Shown: positions 20,068 through 30,163, counted from the stretch's first letter. The stretch is 64,000 nt of DNA from Methanoregulaceae archaeon (GCA_035543455.1 DATKKE010000037.1:11532-75531); one strand, 5' to 3'. Notes: generated by a model from the letters alone, not told the origin. Numbers and translations are program-made.

Positions 20068-21192
20068 TTACGACCAATGGAGCAGCCCTTTAAAAAAACC
20101 GATTATCTGTGAAACAATATCGTTATGCTGTCCGGCTGCTGCAACGGCCTCTGCGTCTGCCAGCTTTTTATTCTCACGGTCGATCCATGCCTGTCCGGTC
20201 AGTACCGGTGTAGCATTAGCCTGTGCCTGGGTATATCTGATGACAGGGGTAGGAAGGGTAGTACTGTAAACCAGGGATTTTCCTTGTGACGTTCCGGACT
20301 GGTGCTCCGATGAAGACACGGTCACCTGAGTATCCGTGGGTGAGGTTGTAGAGAGAGCCCTAATAGTGATATACGAGTCCTTGGTGGTTTTATCGGTCCC
20401 ACCCGATTTGGTAATCCTGAGTGAAACGGTGTATAGCCCGGGGTTCGAGAATACATGAGAAGGATTCTGAACCGTGCTGGTTGTGCCGTCGCCAAAGTCC
20501 CAGCTCCAGGATTCCGGAGATCCTGACGATGAATCGGTGAACTGGACGGTCAGGGTACCGGTTCCATCCAATGGAGAGCCACTGAATGAGGCTGCAAGGG
20601 CTGGTGAACTTGTTGTGGTTGTTTCCGTTGGTGTAGCAGTGACTTCTTCAACGGTGATATAATTGGACTCCGACTTGAGGTAACCAGTGCCCTGCCTGTT
20701 TACGGCGGTGAGTGTAACAGTATAAAATCCTGCATTATTGTAGATGTGGCTGGGATTTTGCGAGGTATCCGATTCCCCATCTCCGAAATCCCATGTCCAT
20801 GATACAGGGCCTCCTGTCGAGAGGTCGGTGAACTGTACCGTGAGGGGTGCCGGGCCGGAGGTGGTATCTGCGGTAAACCCGGCAACAGGCTGTACCTGGT
20901 TTGTCGAGGTTGTCGTTGCGACCGATGTAGTAGCGGTAGTGCCTGCGGTTGTTGTTGTCGTCGCAGCCGTAGTGGCGGCAGTCGTCTGGGTTGTTGTATG
21001 GGTAACCGTTGCTGTAGGACTTGTCGTCACGGTAGTGGTTGCAGTAGTTGTTGCCGTCGCCGTCGCATTCGCTCCTGCAACAGGTAGAATGCACGAAATC
21101 AATAGAACGACAATCAATAAGCTGACAAAAAGGGGAGGCAGGATCCGGCGACCCGCTGCGTTTTCCCTGTGATGGTTCATATATCCCGGCAT
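20068..21192 (-). CDS. N-terminally anchored surface protein with Thr/Ala-rich linkers and two PKD domains
   Basis: GGAGG lies 4 nt upstream of ATG 21192; the longest ORF extends to 21258. The TM/signal segment is LPPLFVSLLIVVLLISCILPVAGA. There is a low-complexity T/A tract of about 60 aa. Two PKD units carry WTWDFGDG and WSWDFGDG. Confidence 0.8.
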   Translation of the reverse strand: MPGYMNHHRENAAGRRILPPLFVSLLIVVLLISCILPVAGANATATATTTATTTVTTSPTATVTHTTTQTTAATTAATTTTTAGTTATTSVATTTSTNQVQPVAGFTADTTSGPAPLTVQFTDLSTGGPVSWTWDFGDGESDTSQNPSHIYNNAGFYTVTLTAVNRQGTGYLKSESNYITVEEVTATPTETTTTSSPALAASFSGSPLDGTGTLTVQFTDSSSGSPESWSWDFGDGTTSTVQNPSHVFSNPGLYTVSLRITKSGGTDKTTKDSYITIRALSTTSPTDTQVTVSSSEHQSGTSQGKSLVYSTTLPTPVIRYTQAQANATPVLTGQAWIDRENKKLADAEAVAAAGQHNDIVSQIIGFFKGLLHWS

Positions 21193-21465
21193 AAATCCTC
21201 CTTTACGGGCAACCTTAAGGTAGCTCGTTATCTCTGTCGAATTATTGATCACACTCATTTTATCACTATACTATATCGCCATTCTGGTTGCACCAGCAAT
21301 CCAGGGCAATGGTTGAGATCTTCTCGTGGCATGACGGATGTAGAATCCGGTGTCGATCCGGATTCCGGGGGTCAGGGAGAACCACGGGGATTTGAGCGAG
21401 TTTTTTTTCGTTATTATCTTGATCCGGGAGAAAAGTTTAATATCGATAATCGGTCATTGGGGCGT

Positions 21466-22023
21466 ATGAGATCCTATTATTTGTTTCTTCTTCTGGGGCT
21501 GGCCGTAGCTCTCTTTCTTGCAGGATGTACTACCAGCCAGGTTCAGCCGGTACAGACAACACAGGTTCCGGCAACGCCGGTGCCGACTCCTGTGGTAACT
21601 CCTGTTCCGACGCTCCTGCCCACCTCGTCACCTTCTCCCCTGCTGGGGACGTGGTATCTCCAGGCAATCCTCTTCCAGGGAGCGACGGCACCGCTTGATA
21701 CTAATACCCAGATTACCGCGATATTCGATAACCAGGGACAGGTATCCGGCTATGGCGGTTGTAATAATTATGGGGGACCTTACACGGTTACCGGCAAGAT
21801 CGTGCCCTCAGGAAATGGTATTTCGATCGGTCCCCTTACCTCAACCCAGATGTATTGTCCGGATGGGAGCAGCACGGAGCAGTCCTATCTCACGATACTC
21901 GGTTCAGCAGCCGGCTACACCATCTTCCCCAACCAGCAGATGTCGATCACTGATAAACTCGGTAATTCATTAAGTTTCAGCAGGAGACCGTTCTCCTCAC
22001 CGACAAGCGTGCCATACTATTGA
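21466..22023 (+). CDS. META-domain (HslJ-like) lipoprotein
   Basis: ATG 21466 gives MRSYYLFLLLGLAVALFLAGCTTS, a signal peptide plus lipobox. It also has the META-type GGCNNYGGPYTV motif. Confidence 0.78.
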   Translation: MRSYYLFLLLGLAVALFLAGCTTSQVQPVQTTQVPATPVPTPVVTPVPTLLPTSSPSPLLGTWYLQAILFQGATAPLDTNTQITAIFDNQGQVSGYGGCNNYGGPYTVTGKIVPSGNGISIGPLTSTQMYCPDGSSTEQSYLTILGSAAGYTIFPNQQMSITDKLGNSLSFSRRPFSSPTSVPYY

Positions 22024-22046
22024 ATCAGACTTGCAGATTTTTCCCC

Positions 22047-22058
22047 TTTTTTTTTTTT
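22047..22058 (+). terminator. Oligo-T (T12) terminator
   Basis: A run of 12 T lies 24 nt after the META gene stop codon. Confidence 0.5.
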
Positions 22059-22155
22059 AGAAAAATAATTATAAATTCGTAAATAATTTATCGACGAAAT
22101 CAATTCTCCCTCGACGTGATAACAACCATAAGTAATCAGTGCGAAAAACTAGGCA

Positions 22156-22641
22156 ATGATCCCCCGCGTCATGGAAAGGATGATCGAATACTTCGGCCAT
22201 GATACCAGAAGGATCAATCACGCACTGAAAGTCTTTGCATTCGCCCGGATTATCAGTTCATGCGAACCAACGGCTGCTGGAGTGGAGGAGACCATCCTGT
22301 ATACGGCCCTCCTGCATGATATAGGGATTATTGAAGCTGAACGGAAATTCAAATCCTCCTCAGGAAAATACCAGCAGATTGAGGGGCCTCCCATAGCACG
22401 TCAGATACTCGGAGATCTTGGAATACCCGTCCCTGTCATAGACCGGGTCTGTTTTATAACCGGCAACCATCACACGTATTCAAAGATCGACGGCATCGAT
22501 TTCCAGATCCTTGTGGAGGCGGATTTTCTTGTCAATATTTTTGAAGACGAAATGGGGAAAGATGCAACAGAGTCAATATACCACCGTATTTTTAAAACGG
22601 AATCTGGGAAAAGCCTCATAAGAACAATGTATCTCGACTGA
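22156..22641 (+). CDS. HD-domain metal-dependent phosphohydrolase
   Basis: The 161-aa product has H...HDIG (ALLHDIGI) and a downstream GNHH motif. Confidence 0.85.
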   Translation: MIPRVMERMIEYFGHDTRRINHALKVFAFARIISSCEPTAAGVEETILYTALLHDIGIIEAERKFKSSSGKYQQIEGPPIARQILGDLGIPVPVIDRVCFITGNHHTYSKIDGIDFQILVEADFLVNIFEDEMGKDATESIYHRIFKTESGKSLIRTMYLD

Positions 22642-22949
22642 ACCCACCGTGCTCTTTAACTTCCCTGGTAAGAGAAAAATCATCGTAAGAATCGATTCCG
22701 GTTACCGGTCGGCTGACATTCAGCCCCGGTTTCCCGTTATGCCCTATGTTCTCCCTTCGAAGACCGTTTACTGCCGGTGGTCATTTGTATTCCCTCTACC
22801 GTACATCGAACGATATTCTTTACCTGCTGCTGACTTAGTGCGGGTGCAATGATGAGATACACTGATTCGGATCCGGCACATACAAATAACAAATTGTATG
22901 TATACACCAGCCAACCGTTTGCTTACGTACAAAAAGGTCGGTGATAAGC

Positions 22950-23609
22950 ATGGTAAAAGCAAACATACCTGAAAAGGGGGCAATCATTCAGAGAGATATG
23001 GAGACATTTTTGATACACCCTCATATTCCCGGGGGATTTATCAAGCCCGCAATGTTGAGGAAGATCGCCGACGTGGCAGAAAAATATAACGCAAAATATG
23101 TGAAGCTCACCGGAGCCCAGCGCATTGCCATTATTGGTCTTCGCGAACAGGACCTTGACCATGCCTGGGAAGAGTTTGAAGACCGATCCAAGGCGATCGG
23201 CCTGACGATAAGGAGCATCCAGATATGCCCCGGCACATGGTCCTGTAAGAAAGCAAAACAGGACAGCCCAGGCCTTGGTTTTGCCCTTGACAAGGAATTC
23301 TATGGCAAGCCCGCCCCCGCCAAGTTCAAGATGGGAATATCAGGATGCACAAACTGTTGCAGCGACTCCTGGATGAAAGATCTGGGGTTCTTCGGAACCG
23401 ACGACGGATTCACTGCTGTAGCCGGGGGAAAAGGTGGAGGAACGGCACGGATTGGGCGGGAGTTCGCCACCGGGCTGACGGCTGAACAAGCTGTAGATCT
23501 GGCCAGGAGAGTAATCGCATTTTACCGGGAAAACGCCAAACCACTTGAGCGTATGGGTGAAACTATCGAGCGCGTCGGTTTCGATACGTTTGTAAAAACA
23601 GTGATTTAA
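22950..23609 (+). CDS. Small nitrite/sulfite reductase-like 4Fe-4S/siroheme-domain protein (Dsr-like protein)
   Basis: It has the Cys motifs CPGTWSC (C-x5-C) and CTNCC (C-x3-C). GGTGA lies 5 nt upstream of ATG 22950. Confidence 0.72.
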   Translation: MVKANIPEKGAIIQRDMETFLIHPHIPGGFIKPAMLRKIADVAEKYNAKYVKLTGAQRIAIIGLREQDLDHAWEEFEDRSKAIGLTIRSIQICPGTWSCKKAKQDSPGLGFALDKEFYGKPAPAKFKMGISGCTNCCSDSWMKDLGFFGTDDGFTAVAGGKGGGTARIGREFATGLTAEQAVDLARRVIAFYRENAKPLERMGETIERVGFDTFVKTVI

Positions 23610-23753
23610 AAGATAACAATGGGCCTGGCGGGATGGCTGGAATGCAGGGAATCGGTTGATTTAATTGAGAAAGTTAACGGTTCCCCTTTCAGTTCATGAG
23701 TCCCATCCGGTGAGTCAATTCACAAACGGATTTAAAACGATATCGATTAAAGC

Positions 23754-23781
23754 AATCCGGAATCTCCGGAGATCCCGGATT
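23754..23781. other. 28-nt near-perfect palindrome (13 of 14 pairs) in a convergent intergenic region
   Basis: The sequence is AATCCGGAATCTCCGGAGATCCCGGATT. Its core TCTCCGGAGA is a perfect 10-bp palindrome. Confidence 0.7.
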
Positions 23782-24137
23782 TGCAAGAAACTCTCTTTCG
23801 GATGTTTCAAGAAACCGGATCTTTGGTGAATTCTTTCTATGAAATCTCTATCAGCAATCCCGACAGGAAGAGCTTTTACTCCCTCCCTGCCCCCTCCCAG
23901 GATAGCCAACGGGCAGGGTTAAATCGGGAATTAGGGATTAATTATATCCAGCACAATGCTATCGCGACCGGACGACCAAAGCGGCGAGAACGGAGCCCCA
24001 TAAGTGTCGAATTATGTAAAACAATCTTATTAGCAAGAGATGAACATAACCAATAATTGGTTGAACTATCCATCATGGGAGCGTTTTGACAACCCTGGAA
24101 CCCGTTCAAAAAAATCGGATTCGTATTGCTTTCCCGG

Positions 24138-25604
24138 TTATTTCACCCGTTGAAAATCAATAAACCCGTTATAGGGGTCGGTTTTTACGAGCCTGACCGT
24201 TATTTTGTCCCCGATCCTCAGGCCACTCTCGTTCCTGACGATCCTTCCCTCGGCAGGGGGTGTAATCAGCCTCGCATAGGTTCCATGTTCGGTGATACCC
24301 GTAACCAGTGCATCAAATGATTCACCTATCCTGTGGTTGAGAAGGACAGCGGCTGCTGCTTTGCGCATAAACCGTTCCACTTTTTTAGAAGCTTTTTCAC
24401 GATCGGTCAGCCAGGCCGACTGTGCTTCCAGTTCATCTGCCGTGTAAGAAGGTGTTGTGTTTACCAGAACAGATTTGACGAGTCTCTGGTTGATAATATC
24501 GACGTAACGACGGTTCGGGGCCGTTGCATGCGTGTAGTCTGTCACCGCGAGCGCAAAATGGCCAACCGGAGGCTCTCCCGGTATCAGGGTCATATATTCG
24601 CCTGGTCCGAGCAGCTTCACGATAGTGAGCGACAGGTCAGGAAACTGATCCGGATTTATTTCTTTTTGTCTTAAAAGAAAGAGAGAAAGGGCTTTCGAAT
24701 CGGGGTACTCTGGTAAGGAATAACGATATAATGCGGCGGTACTAACTATTCCCGGCCAGTTTTTAGGTATCCTGACGACTCTCTGGATTACGGGGACTCC
24801 AGCCTTGCCGAGATAATCAACCATACATCCATTGGCCGCAACCATGAATTCCTCGATTATTGAATGGGCCCGGTTCTGCTGCCGGACAACAAGATCCCTG
24901 ACAGATCCTTCTTCCATGATAGCCTGTGCCTCGATAGTATCCAGGTCGAGGGCCCCCTGCAACAGGCGGTATTGCCTCAGACGCCTGGCCGTTTCATCCT
25001 GAAGGCGAACCTGTTCTTCCATTCCCGGTACCATCCGTATCATATCAGGTGTGGGGCCTTCCCCTTCAAGCCACTGTCCGACCTGTTCATAGACGAGTTT
25101 TGCTTTATTTGACACAAGCCCCCGGAATACGTCCCCATGACGGATACTTCCGTCAGGGAGAACGCTATAGGTGACGATAACCGCCATCCGGTCTTTCCCG
25201 GGAAGAAGGGAGGTGATCCCCTTTGAGAGACGGTCAGGAAACAGTGGAAACGTTTCGACACCGGTATAGACCGAAGTACCATTATGAGCTGCATAACGAT
25301 CAGCCCGGGATCCTTCACGGACATACATATCAACGTCTGCAATTGCAATTTTCACATCCACCTCGTCGTTACGGCCGGGTTCACAGTATTCCAGCTGATC
25401 GAGGTCCATCGAGTCTTCATTATCGATTGAAGACCAGGGAGTCGTTCTCAGATCGGTATCCCCCTCCCTCTCTTCCGGAAATACCCTCTCTGTCAGGGCG
25501 TTGACCTCATGGATAAGCGTATCGGGAAAACGGGTCGTAAATCCATATTTTTCCATTGCATTCAGGGCAATTACTTTCAGGTCGATATCGGGCTTTTTTT
25601 TCAT
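24138..25604 (-). CDS. RNB-domain 3'-5' exoribonuclease (RNase II/R family) with a C-terminal S1 domain
   Basis: It has the RNB motifs SIDNEDSMDLDQ and HATAPNRRYVDIINQRL, and a C-terminal S1-like OB segment. An A7 run at 24108-24114 gives oligo-T on the coding strand. Confidence 0.82.
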   Translation of the reverse strand: MKKKPDIDLKVIALNAMEKYGFTTRFPDTLIHEVNALTERVFPEEREGDTDLRTTPWSSIDNEDSMDLDQLEYCEPGRNDEVDVKIAIADVDMYVREGSRADRYAAHNGTSVYTGVETFPLFPDRLSKGITSLLPGKDRMAVIVTYSVLPDGSIRHGDVFRGLVSNKAKLVYEQVGQWLEGEGPTPDMIRMVPGMEEQVRLQDETARRLRQYRLLQGALDLDTIEAQAIMEEGSVRDLVVRQQNRAHSIIEEFMVAANGCMVDYLGKAGVPVIQRVVRIPKNWPGIVSTAALYRYSLPEYPDSKALSLFLLRQKEINPDQFPDLSLTIVKLLGPGEYMTLIPGEPPVGHFALAVTDYTHATAPNRRYVDIINQRLVKSVLVNTTPSYTADELEAQSAWLTDREKASKKVERFMRKAAAAVLLNHRIGESFDALVTGITEHGTYARLITPPAEGRIVRNESGLRIGDKITVRLVKTDPYNGFIDFQRVK

Positions 25605-25749
25605 TGCGGTCGATAGAGATTCTTTTTTAATGTATTAATATTCCCGTCTCCCTCCCGCTCCCGGGAAAATCAGATGGTATATTGGGTATCAGGAAAACCG
25701 GAAATCGGTTGTTAACCATAATTTTATATAATGCAATAGTATACAATAA

Positions 25750-25769
25750 ATGTAAAGTGTTCTTTACAT
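25750..25769. promoter_or_regulatory. Candidate operator: perfect 8-bp inverted repeat ATGTAAAG-N4-CTTTACAT
   Basis: It lies 10 nt upstream of the DUF2178-XRE operon start codon, in an AT-rich promoter region. Confidence 0.4.
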
Positions 25770-25778
25770 AGGTATACG

Positions 25779-26246
25779 ATGAAGAAAAATTCCTTTTACC
25801 TGCTGGTTGGATGTATTGCTCTTGTTCTTCTCATAATTTTCTGGTATTCGATCGAAAATTCAGTACATTTTTTTACCGAATCCGCGTTCATTATCGGGGT
25901 TATCGTCATTTATTTTGCCCGAAGGCAGATTACCGATCTTGTTGAAGACGAGCGCAGCGCGAAGATAACAGAAAAAGCAGCATTAAGGACGCTCCAGGTA
26001 TTCTGGGTAATGTTCGCCGTTTTTGCAATCGGAACGGTGACTGCCCTGTTCCGGATTCCGAAGTTTCCCCAGGAGTTCAGACCACCTCACCCGGGAGAAT
26101 TGCTTGGCAACCCCGGGGACATACCATCACCGAAACTCATCGGGTACTTTTCACTTGGCCTGCTTTGTCTGATGATCTTTCTCTATGTAGGATTCCGGCT
26201 GTATTATGCCAGGAAATATGGGGAATGGGCAATAGATGAAGAATAA
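25779..26246 (+). CDS. DUF2178-like membrane protein
   Basis: The product has 4 predicted TM helices and overlaps a small XRE HTH gene by 11 nt. This is the usual pairing for the family. Confidence 0.65.
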   Translation: MKKNSFYLLVGCIALVLLIIFWYSIENSVHFFTESAFIIGVIVIYFARRQITDLVEDERSAKITEKAALRTLQVFWVMFAVFAIGTVTALFRIPKFPQEFRPPHPGELLGNPGDIPSPKLIGYFSLGLLCLMIFLYVGFRLYYARKYGEWAIDEE

Positions 26247-26430
26247 AATCAAAGTTTTCCGCGCAATAAAAGGACTCAGGCAGGAAGATCTGGCAAAGGA
26301 AGTCAGTGTCTCAAGACAGACCATCGTAGCCATCGAAACAGGAAAATACGATCCATCCCTGGATCTTGCTTTTAAAATCGCACAATATTTTAATGTCACG
26401 ATTGAAGAAATTTTCACCTATGAAGCATGA
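26236..26430 (+). CDS. XRE-family HTH transcriptional regulator (64 aa)
   Basis: The sequence MKNKIKVFRAIKGLRQEDLAKEVSVSRQTIVAIETGKYDPSLDLAFKIAQYF is a classic Cro/C1 HTH. Confidence 0.88.
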   Translation: MKNKIKVFRAIKGLRQEDLAKEVSVSRQTIVAIETGKYDPSLDLAFKIAQYFNVTIEEIFTYEA

Positions 26431-26699
26431 GAAGGATACCGGCCTTTTTGCAAGCATTTATCATGCCTGATTTGCGGGTCAGAATTCTGCATAGCCGGGG
26501 ATTATCAAATAGTTCGACCTGATAACTCGAGTGATGGGTGAACCCCTCTGTGTTTCTGCTTGTGGAGAGAAAATTCGCTACCGGCAATATACAAATGAAG
26601 AGATCATAGTCTTCCGAACGGGAGAGAAGAGGGCTCTCATCACTCAATAAAGAAGGGATGTTCTCAAAAAATTATTGAAATTTCCGGGAAGATCCCTGA

Positions 26700-27821
26700 T
26701 CAGGAATACCTGCGACATGCCAGGAATCCCGCGAGTCCGACGATACCCAACGCGAAAAGGACTAACAGGGGACTTCCGGAAGACTTTGTCGTGGGGGCCG
26801 GGGCCGGTGTCAGGGCAACATTGAGGCTGATGTCCTGGCCCGCATTTGCCTGGCCGGTCGTTGTATAGGAAGTATATCCCGGCAACCTGATTTCTACAGT
26901 ATACGAACCGGTTTTTACATTCTGGAACAAAATTGGTGTAATTCCCACATACTGGTTATTAATATAAACATCAGCGCCACCGGGGCTTGAGACAATCTGT
27001 ACAGTCGCAACCCCGGGGGCCTGGGTTGCCTTCAGGGCTGCATTGATCTGTGTTGTCGTACCGGCAGTGATTATCACCTGGGTTGTATAATCTTCAAAAC
27101 CTGCCTTTTTGAGGGCTATCGCAGAGACCCCAGGGTTTAGGTTACTGATATCAAGGGAACCGATGACAGGGGTGGTCCCCCGGTAGTCATTGTTCACATA
27201 TACTGCCGCACCTTCGGGTGTTGATGCAACACGGAGATCTCCTGAAGGGGGGTTGACTTCGGGAACAAGGCTTACGGTGAGCGATGTAACCTGGCTTGGA
27301 ACAACGTTGGATTGCCCGGTCCATAGTTCATACCCTGCAAGAGACAGAGATACATTGTGGCTGCCGGTGGCAAGGTTGCCAACGATCTGGTCCGTGACAC
27401 CCATATAAATATCATCGATATATAAATCGGCTCCTTTGGGATTGGAAATAACCGAAAGCCCGCCGGGCTGGATAACCTGGTTCAGGGTTGCGAAAACATT
27501 GTTTGTATTCCCGGCGGTGACTTCGACTGTTGCTGAATATGCCTGATAACCCGGTATGGTAATTCTTACATTATGCAGGCCGGGTATGACTGAGTTAAAC
27601 GTACCGGGTGTGTATACAAGGTCCTCCCCGCCGTCGAGCACTGCCGAAGCACCCGCCGGTGTCGAGGTTACATAGATACTCCCTGTTGAGTAGAGATTTC
27701 CGACACCGTTTGTCCCTTGATCGGATGATGGTTGTGCAGAAGCCGTCCCTGCAACCATTAAGATCACGATACATCCCAGAATCATCAGATATCTGTTCTC
27801 CAACACAATCACTCCAGACAA
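26700..27821 (-). CDS. PEGA-domain surface protein with a C-terminal TM anchor
   Basis: It has a signal peptide and four PEGA units (VTSTPAGASAVLDG, VISNPKGADLYIDD, VASTPEGAAVYVNN, VSSPGGADVYINN). The C-terminus is LLVLFALGIVGLAGFLACRRYS. Confidence 0.85.
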   Translation of the reverse strand: MSGVIVLENRYLMILGCIVILMVAGTASAQPSSDQGTNGVGNLYSTGSIYVTSTPAGASAVLDGGEDLVYTPGTFNSVIPGLHNVRITIPGYQAYSATVEVTAGNTNNVFATLNQVIQPGGLSVISNPKGADLYIDDIYMGVTDQIVGNLATGSHNVSLSLAGYELWTGQSNVVPSQVTSLTVSLVPEVNPPSGDLRVASTPEGAAVYVNNDYRGTTPVIGSLDISNLNPGVSAIALKKAGFEDYTTQVIITAGTTTQINAALKATQAPGVATVQIVSSPGGADVYINNQYVGITPILFQNVKTGSYTVEIRLPGYTSYTTTGQANAGQDISLNVALTPAPAPTTKSSGSPLLVLFALGIVGLAGFLACRRYS

Positions 27822-27978
27822 AGAATCTTTAGCAGGATTTAAAAAACAATCGGTCTCCGCCCGAACAGTTTCTTCACCGAAAAAAGTCCAATATCCGGGT
27901 CATTTTATACCTGGAGACCGGATGTTCTTCCAAAAAGATTATGACAATGCAGAAACCGGTTATAACCAGGAAATACCA

Positions 27979-28419
27979 TCACAAAAAGTCTTTGTTTTTC
28001 ACCACAAGTACCGGACAGGGGGCGTGCCTGATGACTCCTTCTGCAACACTGCCGAGGAAGAGTCTTTCGATCCCACTTTTTCCCTGAGTGCCAACCACGA
28101 TCAGATCGGCATCCCTTGATAAAGCAAATTTTGTTATTTCATTTACCGGATCACCGGTGAGTACAGAGGTTGTGATGTTCTGTCCTTCTGCATGTGCCTT
28201 AATGTCGCTGACTATACCCTCTGCTTCCGTCTGCATCTGATCGATGCTTCCCTGGACCTGGATTTCGGGAGAGACGGAGCTTAATGCCCTGGAATCGATT
28301 ACACTGATAACAAAAATCGATGAATTGCATGTCTTTCCGATACGTAGTCCTTCAATCACTGCGGATTTGCTGTTTTTTGAACCATCTGCTGCGATGACTA
28401 TCCTTTCAAATAGCGTCAT
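27979..28419 (-). CDS. Universal stress protein (UspA family)
   Basis: ATG 28419 gives [14 protein letters not shown], and the C-terminus has [33 protein letters not shown]. It overlaps the MFS gene end by 14 nt. Confidence 0.85.
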   Translation of the reverse strand: MTLFERIVIAADGSKNSKSAVIEGLRIGKTCNSSIFVISVIDSRALSSVSPEIQVQGSIDQMQTEAEGIVSDIKAHAEGQNITTSVLTGDPVNEITKFALSRDADLIVVGTQGKSGIERLFLGSVAEGVIRHAPCPVLVVKNKDFL

Positions 28420-30163
28420 TATATTCCTCCTCCTCGACTGGATTTTGTTCAGGTATCCCTTTCTCTTCAGGTAAACCTGGAATTTCCGGCTCTTTTTTCC
28501 TGATGAGTACGTGGTCACCACGGCCTCCTGCAAAGTATGACAATACTCCGGCAATAATGGATAATACGGCGCCGATATAAAATGACACGCGAAGTGACGG
28601 GACGAATGCCAGACCGAGGGTCATCGGAAACCAGGTAGTACCGGTGAGGAGTCCGATAGCTGACGGACTGATACCGGAAATCACCGAAGCAGGGATGACC
28701 GCCAGAATTGCATTGACAGGGTTATAACCTAAAAACGCTGCGAACAGTGCACTTGTCGGGGGTATCGCACTCATCGGTGCAATAAGTTCCGGTACACCGG
28801 CACTTGTCAGGGACGAGGCAAGTTCCGGGGGGAACGTGTGGGAGAGACTGACAATGACGATAGTAAAAAACATTGCCATCGATATCACCATACCGCTGTT
28901 CTGTAACATCGACCTCATACCTGAAGCCACACCCCGATCTTCCCTTGGGACCGAATTCATGATTGAGACGCTATTCGGGGCGCCGAACATGCCGCTGCCG
29001 ATGCCCATTATTAATAATGACACGGCGAACAGGGGGTATTTGAAATTATAGGAAAGCGTGGAAAGCATGAGAAAGGACGCTGCGACCAGTACCATCCCTG
29101 TTGTACTAAACCACCGGGATCCGTATCTATCGGACAGCCAGCCTGACAGCGGACCCATGATAACAAATCCGATAGTGAGCGGCAGCATAAAAATACCTGC
29201 CCAGAACGGGGTCGATTCAAAACTGTATCCCTGCAGCGGCAGCCAGATACCCTGCAGGAGCATAATCAATATAAAAAATACACCTCCCCGGGAAATGGCA
29301 TTGAGGAAGCCGGCGGCATTTGCATAGGTAAACGTCCTGATCCTGAAGAGGTCGAGCCTGAACATCGGATTTTTCACTCGTTTTTCGATGAATACGAAGA
29401 GAACCAGCAACCCGATCCCGGTAAGCAGGGAAATAATAACCAGGGGATTTTCCCATCCCATCGGGTCGTTGCCATACGGCAGCAGTGCATAGGTAATCCC
29501 GATCAGGAAAATCGTCAGCCCGGCAATAAAAGAAATATTTCCCCAGAGATCAATCTCCTGGACACTTTTTGGTCTGGCTGTCTCTTTTAACTTTAAAAAA
29601 GCCCATATCGTCCCGAGTATACCGACCGGTACACTTACAAGGAACACATACCGCCAGTTATAATAGGCAAGTATCCCTCCGAGGATAAGACCGATGAACT
29701 GGCCTGAAAGAAATGCAATCTGGTTGAGTCCCAAGGCCTTCCCCCGTTCATCGACGGGAAATACATCGGTCAGTATGGCGGCGCTGTTTGAGAAGGTGAA
29801 TGCCGCTCCGACTGCCTGGACGAGACGGAATACGATCAATTCGATGGCTCCGGCATCGCCTTTGTCAGGGGTGAGAAAAAGAAGGATCGACCCTATGGTG
29901 AAGATTAAAAACCCGATGTTATACAACCGGACCCTTCCATACATATCGGAAAGCCTGCCAAAACTGAGAAGGAGCGTGGCGGTTACCAGGCCGTAACCCA
30001 TCAGGACCCAGAGAAGGTACTGAAAGGAAGTAAGGGGGTCAACATTAATGCCGTTGAAAATCGCCGGCAACGAGATGAGGGTGATGCTCCCGTTCACGGA
30101 AACCATGAACATCTCGATGGTGGTGATCGAGAGCACTACCCATTTGTAACTGATATTTTTCAA
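28406..30163 (-). CDS. MFS transporter (14-TM, DHA2/EmrB-like) with a hydrophilic C-terminal tail
   Basis: The 585-aa product has the MFS motif [11 protein letters not shown], and about 14 hydrophobic segments are visible. Confidence 0.88.
   Translation of the reverse strand: MKNISYKWVVLSITTIEMFMVSVNGSITLISLPAIFNGINVDPLTSFQYLLWVLMGYGLVTATLLLSFGRLSDMYGRVRLYNIGFLIFTIGSILLFLTPDKGDAGAIELIVFRLVQAVGAAFTFSNSAAILTDVFPVDERGKALGLNQIAFLSGQFIGLILGGILAYYNWRYVFLVSVPVGILGTIWAFLKLKETARPKSVQEIDLWGNISFIAGLTIFLIGITYALLPYGNDPMGWENPLVIISLLTGIGLLVLFVFIEKRVKNPMFRLDLFRIRTFTYANAAGFLNAISRGGVFFILIMLLQGIWLPLQGYSFESTPFWAGIFMLPLTIGFVIMGPLSGWLSDRYGSRWFSTTGMVLVAASFLMLSTLSYNFKYPLFAVSLLIMGIGSGMFGAPNSVSIMNSVPREDRGVASGMRSMLQNSGMVISMAMFFTIVIVSLSHTFPPELASSLTSAGVPELIAPMSAIPPTSALFAAFLGYNPVNAILAVIPASVISGISPSAIGLLTGTTWFPMTLGLAFVPSLRVSFYIGAVLSIIAGVLSYFAGGRGDHVLIRKKEPEIPGLPEEKGIPEQNPVEEEEYNDAI

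Noticed and set aside
26520-26650. Short ORFs after the XRE gene (77 aa on the minus strand at 26414..26647, and 38 aa on the plus strand).
   Set aside because: They are mutually overlapping and have no family or translation signals. The evidence is insufficient.
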